Origin: Deltaproteobacteria bacterium
GTDB lineage: Bacteria; Myxococcota; Kuafuiibacteriia; Kuafuiibacteriales; Kuafuiibacteriaceae
Length of the DNA stretch: 64,000 bases
Direction: 5' to 3'
Assembly (NCBI GenBank): GCA_040218735.1
Contig: JAVJQW010000041.1
Location: forward strand, 407,801-471,800
The position numbers and the translations under genes were made by a program. The notes beneath the pieces are model-generated. The model worked only from the letters and a program-made list of their open reading frames with translations. It searched no databases and had not been told where the DNA came from. Below, in pieces: positions 1 through 9,597 of this stretch; within the stretch, counting starts at the first letter, position 1; each line of letters begins with the position of its first letter.

Positions 1-506
1 CCGAGCAGGCGACGCCGCACCTCGACGTCGGCGATGCGTCGAAGCTCCATGGGTGTTCGTTCTTCGCTGGTGAGGGCGATGAACGCGATCTCGCCCATCA
101 CCGACGACGCGGGAGCCAACAGGGGCGCCTCGGCGGCCTCAGGGAGCGAGGAGACCGCGGTTTGGAGCCGCTCGGTGACACGTTGGCGCGCGACGACCGA
201 AGACGTGCTCCAGTCGAACTCCGCCCACACCACCGAGATGCCCGGGGCCGACGCCGAGCGAAGTCGACGTAGCCCGGCGGTCCCGTTGACGGCGGTTTCG
301 ATCGGGAACGTGATGAGCCGCTCGACCTCCTCGGTCGCCATACCCGTCGACTCCGTCACGATCGTTACGCGCGGCGCGGTGAGATCCGGAAACACGTCGA
401 CGGGCATTTGGGATGCGCGGAGGGCGCCGACGATCAGGAGCGCTCCGGCGAGCGCGAGGACGAGCCCGCGGTGCGCGAGCGAGAGTCGAAGTAGCCGCTC
501 GACCAT
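1..506 (-). CDS. CusA/CzcA-family heavy-metal efflux RND permease (5' part only; runs off the window edge)
   Basis: Manual translation from ATG at 506: MVERLLRLSLAHRGLVLALAGALLIVG...MPVDVFPDLTAPRVTIVTESTGMATEEVERLITFPIETAVNG, the typical HME-RND N-terminus. The start overlaps the adaptor gene stop (TGATG). Confidence 0.92.
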   Translation of the reverse strand, partial: MVERLLRLSLAHRGLVLALAGALLIVGALRASQMPVDVFPDLTAPRVTIVTESTGMATEEVERLITFPIETAVNGTAGLRRLRSASAPGISVVWAEFDWSTSSVVARQRVTERLQTAVSSLPEAAEAPLLAPASSVMGEIAFIALTSEERTPMELRRIADVEVRRRLL

Positions 507-2074
507 CAGTGGATGTGTCCGTGCGCGGGCTCGCCGGCCGCGCTCTGCGCGAGGCGCACGAGGTGCGCGCCTTCGGTGACGACGCGCTCCTCGACCGCGA
601 GGCCCGAAACGATCCCCACGCGTCCGCCGGCGCGCGGGCCGACGCGGACGAGTCGCTCGGCGAAGTGCTCGCCGTCGACCTGGACGTAGACCACGCTCTT
701 GCCCTCCCGATCGACGATCGCGCTGCGCGGGACGACGACCCCTTCGAAGTCGTCGCCCGTCGGGAGCGCGACCTCCACCAGGCCGCCGACCCGCATCGCG
801 GGTGTGGTGTCGTTCAACGCGTAGACGACGTCGACGGTGCGCGTTCGCTCGTCCACCTTCGGCGCCACCGCGATGACCGAAGCGGTCGGCGACGCGCCTC
901 CCAGCGCGATCGGGATCCAGCGATCGTCGCCCGCGATCGAGAAGGAGGCGTCGACGTCCGTGCGGAGCCGCGCCGCGTCTTGCTCGGGGACCCGCGCGAC
1001 GATCCACAGGACGCGCGTGTCCACGATGGAGAACAACGTCGCGCCGGCCGATAGGGTCGCGCCGGGCGTCGCGCGGACGGTGGCGATCGTTCCGGCGATG
1101 GGGGCGCTGAGCCGCCACGCACCCTCTCGCCCCGAACCGCTCGCGCCGGAGAACAGCGCGGCGGTCCGCTGCGCGGAGCGGACCGCCTCTTCGGCGATCT
1201 TCGCTTCACGTTCGGCGTCCTCCAGCTCGCGTTTCGCGATGGCCTCGTCGCGATAGAGCCGCTTCGCGCGATCGAGCGCGGCCTTCGCGGCTTGGAGACG
1301 ACCCTCCGCTTCGGCGACGGCGAGCTTCGTCCTTGCGACCTCTTCGGGCGACGAAGGCGCGGGTACGAACGACGCGAGCGTCTGGCCCTTCTTGACCTGC
1401 TGACCCGGGCGGACGAGGCCCGCACGCGGCGCGACGACGCGTCCGGTGACCGGCGCGGCGACGACGGCCTGGCCGTCGGGCGGTGTGTCGATTCGGCCCG
1501 GGACCGTGACGGTCGCGACGAGGTGCGAACGCGTCGGGAAGACCGTGTCGAACGGGACGCCCCACTGCTGCTCCTTGAGGAACTCGATCACGCCGACGTC
1601 TTCTTCTTCCTCCGTCTCGGCCTTGGCCTCCGCGGTGACGGTGATCTCGATGCCCTCGACGGTCCCCGACCTGCGTCCCTCCACGCGCACCCGTCCGCGG
1701 TAGACACCCGCCGTAGGGGGCGTCGCCTCGAGCACGTAGATGCCGCGCCGCAGCGGCGTCTTCGTGGTGCCGCGGATCGTCGCCGGCCCCTCGAGCTCCA
1801 ACGTGACCGTGCCCTCCGTGAGCGGGCTGAAGTCTTCCAGCCACGTGAGGTGTGCGAGGAGTGAGATGGGTTGGCCGACGACCGCCGCTTCATGCTCGGC
1901 GAACAGCTCGAAGCCGCCGCTACACAGGGTGATCGACTCCGTGGCCGCGCTGTGACCGTGCTGGGGCGCGTGATGGTCGTGTCCCGCGGGGTGCGCGGTG
2001 CTGTGGTCGTGACCGTCCTCGTGCTCGTGGCAGCCGGCGAGGGCCGCCAGGAGGAGTAGGCAATGCACTCTCAT
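506..2074 (-). CDS. CusB/CzcB-type RND periplasmic adaptor lipoprotein with His-rich termini
   Basis: Lipobox LAGC, His-rich HEHEDGHDH...HDHHAPQHGH, membrane-fusion-protein motifs (APVTGRV, LSAPIAGTI, VVPRSAIVD), C-terminal HGHIH; lies between TolC and RND genes. Confidence 0.9.
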   Translation of the reverse strand: MRVHCLLLLAALAGCHEHEDGHDHSTAHPAGHDHHAPQHGHSAATESITLCSGGFELFAEHEAAVVGQPISLLAHLTWLEDFSPLTEGTVTLELEGPATIRGTTKTPLRRGIYVLEATPPTAGVYRGRVRVEGRRSGTVEGIEITVTAEAKAETEEEEDVGVIEFLKEQQWGVPFDTVFPTRSHLVATVTVPGRIDTPPDGQAVVAAPVTGRVVAPRAGLVRPGQQVKKGQTLASFVPAPSSPEEVARTKLAVAEAEGRLQAAKAALDRAKRLYRDEAIAKRELEDAEREAKIAEEAVRSAQRTAALFSGASGSGREGAWRLSAPIAGTIATVRATPGATLSAGATLFSIVDTRVLWIVARVPEQDAARLRTDVDASFSIAGDDRWIPIALGGASPTASVIAVAPKVDERTRTVDVVYALNDTTPAMRVGGLVEVALPTGDDFEGVVVPRSAIVDREGKSVVYVQVDGEHFAERLVRVGPRAGGRVGIVSGLAVEERVVTEGAHLVRLAQSAAGEPAHGHIH

Positions 2075-3237
2075 TCGAACTCACCTCGCGCCGCGCGCAG
2101 CTCGACGTGCGCGGTCTTGGCCGCGAGCGCGAGGTCGAGCGCGCGGAGCGCGACCTCAGTGCGAACGCGGCGTGCGTCGATCAGCTCGACGACCGTGCGT
2201 TGCCCCTCGCGGTACCCCGTCTCTGTCGCGCGCTCCAGACGTTCGACCCGCGCGACCGTCGCCTTCGTGAAGCGCACCGACTCGTCTCGTGCCGTCGCGA
2301 ACGCGAGCGCGGCGCGCTCCTCTTCGAGGCGAGCGCGCCGCGCGGCCGCCTCTGCCCGTGCGTGCATCGCGCGCGCGGCGGCCTCGGCCTGGGCGTCGAG
2401 GCCTTGGCCGCGCGAGAAGACGGGGAGCCCCACCGAGACGCCGGCGACGTAACCACCACCCGGTTGGTCGAGCACGCCGAAGCGCGGGCCGCCAAAGAGG
2501 GTGAGCAGCGGAATCCAGGTCCAGGTGGCTCCCGCGGCGTCGGCGCGGTCCTTCGCCGAGCGCAGGAGGGCGACGGAGCGGCGCTCCTCTGCGTTGGCTG
2601 GAGACGTTTCGTCGAGCCCGAGGTCCCCGTCGATCTTCACACCTTCGAGGCCGAGCAGAATCGCGAGCTCGCGGACGAGCTGTTGCCGGCGCGCTCGCGT
2701 CTCGCGCAATGCACTCGCCGCGATCTCGCGTTCGATCTGGACGCGCGCCTCGTCGTAACCCGCTGTGTGGCCTTCCTCGCGTCTCCGCGAGACGACGCGG
2801 GCCGCTTCGTCCAGGCGGGCGACCGCCGATGTCTGCACACGCTCGCGCTCCGAGGCGGCGACCGCGCGGTAGAAGAGCCGAAGCGCGCGCACCGTCGCGC
2901 CGCGGGTCGCGTCTGCGGCGGTTGACTCCGCGGCGAGCCCCTTTGCGTGCGCGATGCGCTCCCGCGCGTTGCGACGGCCGGAGAGATCGAGCGGCACGTT
3001 CAACGTGATCTGGTCCTCACGCTCCGCGTCGAAGGTCTGCCGGTTCCACGCGAGCGATGGGTTCGGGTACAGCGCCGCGCTCACCCGCTGGGAATCGACG
3101 AACGCGGCGTACGCCTGAGCGGCCCGCGCGTCCGCGTCATGCTGCTGCACGCGCTCGACGACCTCGTCTGCGGTGATTGCTTCGGCGATCCGTGGAAACA
3201 CGAGGAAGAACACGGCGAGCAAGATCCGATTCAGCAT
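2071..3237 (-). CDS. TolC/CzcC-family outer-membrane efflux channel
   Basis: Signal peptide from ATG 3237 (MLNRILLAVFFLVFPRIAEA; alternative ATG 3276), YPNPSL motif, coiled repeats, GYREGQRTVVELIDARR. Confidence 0.88.
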   Translation of the reverse strand: MLNRILLAVFFLVFPRIAEAITADEVVERVQQHDADARAAQAYAAFVDSQRVSAALYPNPSLAWNRQTFDAEREDQITLNVPLDLSGRRNARERIAHAKGLAAESTAADATRGATVRALRLFYRAVAASERERVQTSAVARLDEAARVVSRRREEGHTAGYDEARVQIEREIAASALRETRARRQQLVRELAILLGLEGVKIDGDLGLDETSPANAEERRSVALLRSAKDRADAAGATWTWIPLLTLFGGPRFGVLDQPGGGYVAGVSVGLPVFSRGQGLDAQAEAAARAMHARAEAAARRARLEEERAALAFATARDESVRFTKATVARVERLERATETGYREGQRTVVELIDARRVRTEVALRALDLALAAKTAHVELRAARGEFE

Positions 3238-3287
3238 CGGAGTTTTCGTCGGACGGCTGCGAGGAGGCGCTGACATCTTCGTCTTCT

Positions 3288-4244
3288 CTAACTTCCGAGG
3301 AGGCCCAGGAGGATCTCGACGCCGTGGTGAACGAGGTCGGCGCTCGCCGCAGCGCCGACGATGACGATGGCCGTCGCGACGCCGAACATCCAAGGCGTCG
3401 GACGGTCGGAGCGCGGGCGGTCGTCCATCAACACCTCGACCCGCGAGCGGATGTCCGAGCCGGAGAAGGCGGAGGCCCCGTCGGGGACGTGGATCGTGGA
3501 GCGGGTGAGGGCGACGAGCGCGCGCGCGACGCGGACGCGGCTGTCGAGGACACGCGCGGCGATGTCGTCCGCGGCCATCTCCTGGGCTCGTGCGATCGAA
3601 CGATCGAGCCATCGCGCCACGAACGGTAGGTGAAAGGCGAGCGCGAGCCCTGCGACGTAGCGACGGAGCGGGTCTCGGCGGAGGACGTGTGCGCGCTCGT
3701 GCGCGAGCACCGCCGCCAGGTGCTCACGACCTGCAGCACCGAGCAGGCCTTCGGTCACGTAGAGGCGCGGGCGGAGCAGACCGAGCACGAACGCCTGCGG
3801 TGCGTCGAACGGGAGCACCGATGTCTCGCCGTCGCGACGGCACGTCGCGTCGAGCGTGCGGCGCGTGCGAACCGCTTGTACGAGCGCGTACATCCGCGCG
3901 ATCGCACGCGCGCCGACGCGGACCGCGGCGAGGGCCGCCACCGCGATGAGGAACAGCGAGGGCCAGGCCGCCACATGGTGACCGCAGATGTGCGCGTGTA
4001 CGTGAGGATCGCCGGCGTGGCAGTGGTCCGTGATCCATCCGAAGGATGGGGCGAGCGCGGCGAGGAGGAGCACGCCGGCCACGAGCATCGGCGCGAGCGC
4101 CGCAGCGAAGTAGATGCGCGCGCGCGCCGTGGCCGTGAGGCCCTCGATGTGCCCACGAAGGAGTGACAGCGTGACCGCGGACGCGCCGGAGACGGCGGCC
4201 GCGATCAGTGCGAGCGCGGCGACGCAAAGGACGATGAGGGTCAT
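3288..4244 (-). CDS. M56-family (BlaR1-like) membrane metallopeptidase
   Basis: Several TM helices, QAFVLGLLRPRLYV, zincin motif AHERAH, downstream EMAAD; directly follows a BlaI gene (ATGA overlap). Confidence 0.88.
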   Translation of the reverse strand: MTLIVLCVAALALIAAAVSGASAVTLSLLRGHIEGLTATARARIYFAAALAPMLVAGVLLLAALAPSFGWITDHCHAGDPHVHAHICGHHVAAWPSLFLIAVAALAAVRVGARAIARMYALVQAVRTRRTLDATCRRDGETSVLPFDAPQAFVLGLLRPRLYVTEGLLGAAGREHLAAVLAHERAHVLRRDPLRRYVAGLALAFHLPFVARWLDRSIARAQEMAADDIAARVLDSRVRVARALVALTRSTIHVPDGASAFSGSDIRSRVEVLMDDRPRSDRPTPWMFGVATAIVIVGAAASADLVHHGVEILLGLLGS

Positions 4245-4666
4245 TCGCCCTCCTGTTCGCGGCGCTTCTTTTCGATCAGCGCCTCGAGCCGATCGAGTGA
4301 CGCAGAGTCCTCACCGGCGACGAGGTCGACGAACGCCGACAGGAGGCCAGCTTCACGCAGGACGCGGGCGCCCCCCGCGGCGTCGAGCATGCGCTGCGCC
4401 TTGAACGTCTCGCGCGTGAGCGCGGCGCGGTATCGATACGCGTGGGAGACCTTCTCTCGAACCACGAGTCCCTTCTTGAAGAGACGCTCCAGCGCGGAAC
4501 CCACGGTATTGACCGAGATTCCGCGGCGACGCCCCAGAGCACGGTGGGTCTCCTGGACGTCCGCCTCGTCGACCCTCCAGAGGTGTTCGAGGACGGCGAG
4601 CTCCAGCTCCCCGAGCTGCGGCAACCTTGATCTGGAGCCGGACACCGCCGCGAGGGTACGCGGCAA
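4241..4666 (-). CDS. BlaI/MecI/CopY-family transcriptional repressor
   Basis: LGELELAVLEHLW...SVNTVGSALERLFKKGLVVREKVSHAYRY winged-helix signature; start codon uncertain. Confidence 0.9.
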   Translation of the reverse strand: MPRTLAAVSGSRSRLPQLGELELAVLEHLWRVDEADVQETHRALGRRRGISVNTVGSALERLFKKGLVVREKVSHAYRYRAALTRETFKAQRMLDAAGGARVLREAGLLSAFVDLVAGEDSASLDRLEALIEKKRREQEGE

Positions 4667-4678
4667 AAACTCCGACCG

Positions 4679-6082
4679 TCAATCGGAGCTGTCGGGTCGG
4701 AGGGCGAAGCGGAGCGCATCGACCGCCTCGAGCTGGCGTTCGAAGGGCTCCCAGTCGTCGGAGATGTCGATCGGCTCCCAGATGGCTTCGATGACGTCGA
4801 TCGTCAGCGTCACCGGCGCGGCGCGTTCGAAGTACGGGGCGTCGAGGCGCGCGCCTTCCGCGGGTTCGTAGGCGTCGAGTAGCGCGCGGACGTCGGCGAA
4901 CGCAAAACCCGCGTAGGTGGCGGCGTGGGGACTCGCTGCGAAGGCGTCGCGGCGTCCGTACGCGTCGAAGAAGAGCGCGTCGAAGGGGAGCTTCGTGCGT
5001 CCGAGGAATGCAAAGACGGTGTCGGCCAGCGCGCCGTCCTCGCGCACGGTGCGGGGCTCGAGGCCGAGGCGCCACAGCAGCTGCAGGAGGAACGCCGCGT
5101 GGAAGCGATCGTCGAAGCTCTCGAGGAGCTTTTCGAGGCGCGCCGACGGCGAGACGGGTCGAATCGCCTCCGCGAGCCGCGTGAGGTTCCAGAGCACCGT
5201 CTCGGGTTGGCGTCCGTACGCGTACAGGCCCGAGTGATCGAAGTAGGCCGCGGTGAACGTGGGGTCGTAGTGCGGCAGGAATCGGTACGGCCCGTAGTCG
5301 AAGCTCTCGCCGCTCACGTTCATGTTGTCGGTGTTGAGGACGCCGTGCACGAAGCCCGCGGTCATCCACTGCGCGCACGTGCGCGCGGCGCGGCCGACGA
5401 CCGTGTCGAAGAAACGCTCCACGAGATCCCCCTCCGCGTCGGCTGCGTCGGGGAGGTACCACTCGAGGCAACGTTCGATGAGCGTCTCGGCGCGGGCGCG
5501 ATCGCCGTGCGCCGCGAGGCGCTGGAACGTGCCGTAGCGAATGTGTCCGTGGGAGAGCCGCACCAGCACGGAGGAGCGCGTCGGGGAGGGCTCGTCGTTG
5601 CGCTGGAGGGCCTCGCCGGTTTCGACGAGGCTGAACGACTTCGAGGTGTCGACGCCGAGCGCTTCGAGCATCGCCGTCGCGAGCACTTCGCGCACGCCGC
5701 CCTTGAGCGTGAGTCGGCCGTCGCCACCGCGGGAGTACGGTGTCGTGCCGCTGCCCTTGGTGCCGAGGTCGAGGAGGCGCCCGCGGTCGTCGCGAAGCTG
5801 TGCGAAGGTGAACCCGCGCCCGTCGCCGAGGTTCGGGTTGTAGGAGCGGAACTGGTGCCCGTGGTAGCGCATCGCCAGCGGCGCTTGCAGGTTGTCTTGC
5901 AACGGCGTGAAGCGCGCGAGGTGGTCGACCCACGCGTCGTCGTCGAGATCGTCGAGGCCGACGCGCGCCGCCCATCGGTCGTTGCGGTACCGCAAGATGT
6001 GTTGCGGGAACGTCGCCGGTTCGACGATGTCGAAGTAGCCGTCGGAGAGCGTCGTCAGGGCGGGGGCGGGGGAGTAGGTCAC
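4679..6082 (-). CDS. selO: SelO/YdiU-family protein adenylyltransferase (pseudokinase fold)
   Basis: YHGHQF, LGDGRG, KGSGTTPYSRGGDGR, GFVHGVLNTDNM, DYGPY motifs; GTG start at 6082 overlaps the upstream stop (GTGA). Confidence 0.92.
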   Translation of the reverse strand: MTYSPAPALTTLSDGYFDIVEPATFPQHILRYRNDRWAARVGLDDLDDDAWVDHLARFTPLQDNLQAPLAMRYHGHQFRSYNPNLGDGRGFTFAQLRDDRGRLLDLGTKGSGTTPYSRGGDGRLTLKGGVREVLATAMLEALGVDTSKSFSLVETGEALQRNDEPSPTRSSVLVRLSHGHIRYGTFQRLAAHGDRARAETLIERCLEWYLPDAADAEGDLVERFFDTVVGRAARTCAQWMTAGFVHGVLNTDNMNVSGESFDYGPYRFLPHYDPTFTAAYFDHSGLYAYGRQPETVLWNLTRLAEAIRPVSPSARLEKLLESFDDRFHAAFLLQLLWRLGLEPRTVREDGALADTVFAFLGRTKLPFDALFFDAYGRRDAFAASPHAATYAGFAFADVRALLDAYEPAEGARLDAPYFERAAPVTLTIDVIEAIWEPIDISDDWEPFERQLEAVDALRFALRPDSSD

Positions 6083-7254
6083 GCGTCGCGCCGGCGAAGC
6101 GTCAGAGCGACGACGGCGAACGCGAGCATCCACGCCCCGGTGCCGCGCGTCGACCCCGAAGTTCGGCAGCCGCACGTGTCCGCCACCGGCGGGCCGTTCC
6201 CGTCGGCGTCGAGCACGGTGTAACCGTCGGCGAGGATCGCGGACTGGCCGTCGGGGTTCGTCACGATGACGTCGTAGACGCCGACCGCGATGTTCGCGGG
6301 GACCCGCGCGGTGATCGTCGTGGCGCCGGGCACGTCGACGCCGGACGCGTCGATGCTCCCGATGCGCAACGTGAGGCCCGCTTCGAAGTTGGTGCCGGTG
6401 ACGATGACGTCGACCGGGGCGACGTTGCGGCCTTCGTCGGGGGAGATCGCGCTGATGGTGGGCGCGCCGCCGGTGTTGCCGTTACCTCCGTCCACGCCGC
6501 CGGCGTCCGGATCGCCGCCGCCCGGGCCGGCGTCGCGCCCGGGTCCTGCGTCGCGGCGTCCGCCCGGTCCGGCGTCACGCATGGGGTTGTTGACGCCGCC
6601 GTCGCGTCGCGCCGGGTCACACTCGCCGCCGGGTTCCCACGGCGTGTGATCGGAGAGGGAGACGATCGCGCGGATGATGAAGTCGCCCGGGATGCCGCGG
6701 TCCTCCGCGGAGTCCCACAGCTCTACGGGGATGAACGTGGAGTTCGCGCCCTGGACGCCGTCGGCGTCGTAGAGGAAGGGGCGGATGAACATGTTGGCGC
6801 CGGGGTCTTCGATCTGTTGCTTCAGGCAGATGCGGAACGCCACCGTCGACGTGCGTGTGCCGTGGAGGAAGCCGACGAACCCCGGCGCGGCGGAGAACGG
6901 GAGCGCGGCGCCCTGTTCGACGATCAGCTGCCCCGGGCGATCACGGCCGAGCTCTTCGTAGGTCTGCAGGAGCGAGACGACCTGCTCGCCGTCGCCGAGC
7001 AGCGCGACGAACCCTTCGATGCCGAACGAAGGCTCCGGGAGATCGAAGCTCGCGCAGACCGCCTCGAGCCAGTCGATTCGGACCCCGCCCGCGGTCATCG
7101 CCGAGTTGTCGAAGTCGTCGTTGCAGAGCACGTACTGGCCGACCCGCGAGCAGTCGGGTCCACACTGGGTGGGGATCTGCTGCGCGAGGACCGGTGCCGC
7201 GCCGAACGTGATCGACAGGAGGACGACGGCGGCCGCGGGCTTCATCACGCCCAT
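6079..7254 (-). CDS. Secreted IPT/TIG-domain surface protein with MYXO-CTERM sorting signal
   Basis: Signal peptide, RDAG linker, PTISAISPDEG...VIVTGTNF...DVIVTNPDG (IPT/TIG), C-terminal CGCRT...AWMLAFAVVALTLRRR. Confidence 0.85.
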   Translation of the reverse strand: MGVMKPAAAVVLLSITFGAAPVLAQQIPTQCGPDCSRVGQYVLCNDDFDNSAMTAGGVRIDWLEAVCASFDLPEPSFGIEGFVALLGDGEQVVSLLQTYEELGRDRPGQLIVEQGAALPFSAAPGFVGFLHGTRTSTVAFRICLKQQIEDPGANMFIRPFLYDADGVQGANSTFIPVELWDSAEDRGIPGDFIIRAIVSLSDHTPWEPGGECDPARRDGGVNNPMRDAGPGGRRDAGPGRDAGPGGGDPDAGGVDGGNGNTGGAPTISAISPDEGRNVAPVDVIVTGTNFEAGLTLRIGSIDASGVDVPGATTITARVPANIAVGVYDVIVTNPDGQSAILADGYTVLDADGNGPPVADTCGCRTSGSTRGTGAWMLAFAVVALTLRRRDA

Positions 7255-7292
7255 CGTAGCGCCCCGTCGAAAACGGTGCGACCCTCGCACCG

Positions 7293-8375
7293 ATGCGCGA
7301 CGACCCGAGGGTGATCGTCAACCGCTGGACGCCTTCGGCCGACGGGGCCTTCGAACGCGCGCGGGTGCTCGCGGCCGGTGTTCACCCCGAGGGACTCGAC
7401 GCGGTGCGGGTGCGTTTCTCGCGCGCGGCGACGGCGCCGTTCGAGGGGGCGGCGCACCTCGTGAGCCTGATGCGCGGCGCGGCGCGCATGCGAGGTTGCG
7501 GGCTCGATCCGAGCACGCACGCGTCGGTCGTCGGCGACGTCGAGCTGGAGGCGGAGGCCGGGACCGAGCTGATCGTGGTGACGGGGCGGGCGCCCGAAGG
7601 TCGCGCTGCGCTCGTCGTGCGGCAGGAGCGCTTCCTCGCGGCGGCGTTGGACGCGGAGGGGCCGCTGCGCTGGATCCTCACCCCGCAGTACCTCAGCCGA
7701 CGCATCTTCCTGCACCACGACGCGGCGCTGTTGTCGCAGTCGGGCGCACCGGTGTCCTGGTTCCGCACCACGATGTTCGACACCACGGGCCTGCCGCCGA
7801 ACGACGACGGCGAGTCGGTGTTCCGCATGTCGTACAACCACCGGACGGAGCCGAACTTCTGCTACGACGTGCAGGGGCACGCGCGCGTTCGCTTCGCCGA
7901 GCACCCCTACGACGACGCCGCGCAGCGCTTCGGTCCGTGGCACGACCTCGACGGCGAGACGACCTACCACCTGAACGAAGCGCGCGGCGGCGCGGAGGAG
8001 GAGCACCGCGATGGGCACCCCCTGCGGAACCGCCACGAGGTCGCGAACGCCGGCGGGCACACCACGCTGTTCTGCCTGTTCGATCCGGCGCCGACCGGCG
8101 TCGAAGAGCACCACCCGGGCACGTACAGCGAGTACGGCGCGCTCGACGACGTGCTCGGCTCCGAACGCTACACGAAGAAGCTCGCGCGCCTGCGCGAGGT
8201 CGACGCACACATCGATACGTTGAGCCTCGCGGCGGCGCGCGGCGAACCGCTGGAGGGGACGGCGGCGTGGGCTTGGTACGAAGAGGCTTCGGAGCAGGCA
8301 CGCAACAACCGCGCGGCGCTCCTCGCGCGCCTCGACGAAGGGCGGCGCAAGATCGTCGCGCCGTGGGCCGAGTGA
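7293..8375 (+). CDS. Cupin protein with an ectoine synthase (EctC)-like domain
   Basis: Ordered motifs SRRIFL, MSYNHRTEPNFC, TTYHLN, NRHEV, LFCLFDPAPTGVEEH resemble EctC; start may be GTG at 7311. Confidence 0.6.
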   Translation: MRDDPRVIVNRWTPSADGAFERARVLAAGVHPEGLDAVRVRFSRAATAPFEGAAHLVSLMRGAARMRGCGLDPSTHASVVGDVELEAEAGTELIVVTGRAPEGRAALVVRQERFLAAALDAEGPLRWILTPQYLSRRIFLHHDAALLSQSGAPVSWFRTTMFDTTGLPPNDDGESVFRMSYNHRTEPNFCYDVQGHARVRFAEHPYDDAAQRFGPWHDLDGETTYHLNEARGGAEEEHRDGHPLRNRHEVANAGGHTTLFCLFDPAPTGVEEHHPGTYSEYGALDDVLGSERYTKKLARLREVDAHIDTLSLAAARGEPLEGTAAWAWYEEASEQARNNRAALLARLDEGRRKIVAPWAE

Positions 8376-8692
8376 TGCGGCGCTTCCTCTGGCTGCTCCT
8401 CTTCGTTGGCTGCACCGGCAGCGACGGCCCGAGCCTCGACCAGGTCGACTGCAGCGCATGCTCCGCCGACCAGGTCTGCTGGTACGACTACGACATCGAC
8501 GCCGACGCCTACCGCGGGCACTGCGCCGCTTGGCCGTCGTACTGCGACGCCGACCGTTCGTGTGAATGTATCGACACCCAGCGCGGCCCCGGCGGCGAAG
8601 CGTTCTGCGATGACTTCGGCGTGCAGAACAGCGACGTGTGCGAGGTGCACGAGGGGCGCCCGCTGGTGCGGTGTGAGACGAACCTAGGTTAG
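8375..8692 (+). CDS. Small Cys-rich lipoprotein, unknown function
   Basis: ATG overlaps the upstream stop (TGATG); MRRFLWLLLFVGC lipobox; about 10 further Cys in 105 aa. Confidence 0.75.
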   Translation: MRRFLWLLLFVGCTGSDGPSLDQVDCSACSADQVCWYDYDIDADAYRGHCAAWPSYCDADRSCECIDTQRGPGGEAFCDDFGVQNSDVCEVHEGRPLVRCETNLG

Positions 8693-9592
8693 GCGGGTGA
8701 GCTCGTCGAGGAGGCCGTAGCGCAGGCCTCGCGAGGACACCGTGAAGAACAGGCGTCGGTAGTGCGCCAGGATCCCCGCGACGATCGCGGCGCCCGCGAC
8801 GATGACGTCGGCGCGCCTCGGAGGGATCACGTCGCCGAGGTAGCGCTGCTCCAACGACTGCGCGCGCAGCTTCTCGAGCGACTGGTTCACCTCGAGCACC
8901 GTCAACCTCCGCCCTTCGGCGTGGTGGATGACCTCGCGCATGAACGCGATCTGCTTCGCGTGACCGAACAGGGCGAGGGCCGTGCCGGCGACGCCGATCA
9001 GCGGGACGTCCGGGTCGAGCTCGGGGGCCTCCGCGAGCGCGTCGCGTACCGCGCGGCGCAGCGCCTCCACGTCGACGTTCGTCGGCGGGTCGTTCGGCAG
9101 GAACCGCTCCGTCAGCCTCACGCCGCCCAGCGGCAACGACACCCGACGCTCGATCTCCCCCGCGCGCCCCACGGTGATCTCCGTGGAGCGACCGCCGATG
9201 TCGAACACCGCGACGCGCCCCGGGCCGTACAGCTTCGACGGCGCCACGAACGACAGCTCCGCCTCGCGGTCGCCGTCGATGATCGTGAAGTCGAAGCCAC
9301 GCTTCTTCGCGCCGCGCACCACCACGTCCGCGTTTTCGACGCCGCGCAGGCCCGCGGTGGCGACCGCCACCTCCCGCTCGACGCCGTGCTCCGCGAGCAC
9401 CGAGCGCACGTGGTCGAGCCCTTCGAACGTGCGACGAATCGCGCCGAGCCCGAGCCGACCGGTGCGCTCGACGCCCTCCGAAACGCGAACGAACAGCTCG
9501 CCCTCGTCGAGGAGGTCGAACCCGTCCGCGGTCGTCTGCGCGACGGCGTACTTCAGGGTGTTGGAGCCGAGGTCGACCGCGCCAATCCGCAC
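8684..9592 (-). CDS. ppx: Ppx/GppA-family exopolyphosphatase
   Basis: AVDLGSNT, VATAGLR, IIDGDREAELSF, FDIGGRSTE, RRADVIVAGA, GLRYGLL. Confidence 0.92.
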   Translation of the reverse strand: MRIGAVDLGSNTLKYAVAQTTADGFDLLDEGELFVRVSEGVERTGRLGLGAIRRTFEGLDHVRSVLAEHGVEREVAVATAGLRGVENADVVVRGAKKRGFDFTIIDGDREAELSFVAPSKLYGPGRVAVFDIGGRSTEITVGRAGEIERRVSLPLGGVRLTERFLPNDPPTNVDVEALRRAVRDALAEAPELDPDVPLIGVAGTALALFGHAKQIAFMREVIHHAEGRRLTVLEVNQSLEKLRAQSLEQRYLGDVIPPRRADVIVAGAAIVAGILAHYRRLFFTVSSRGLRYGLLDELTRLT

Positions 9593-9597
9593 GGTCG

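Noticed and set aside
4667-4681. selO ends in TGA in frame with the BlaI gene (possible selenocysteine or readthrough)
   Set aside because: No Cys/Sec-type C-terminal motif context and no recognisable SECIS; in-frame adjacency occurs by chance one time in three.
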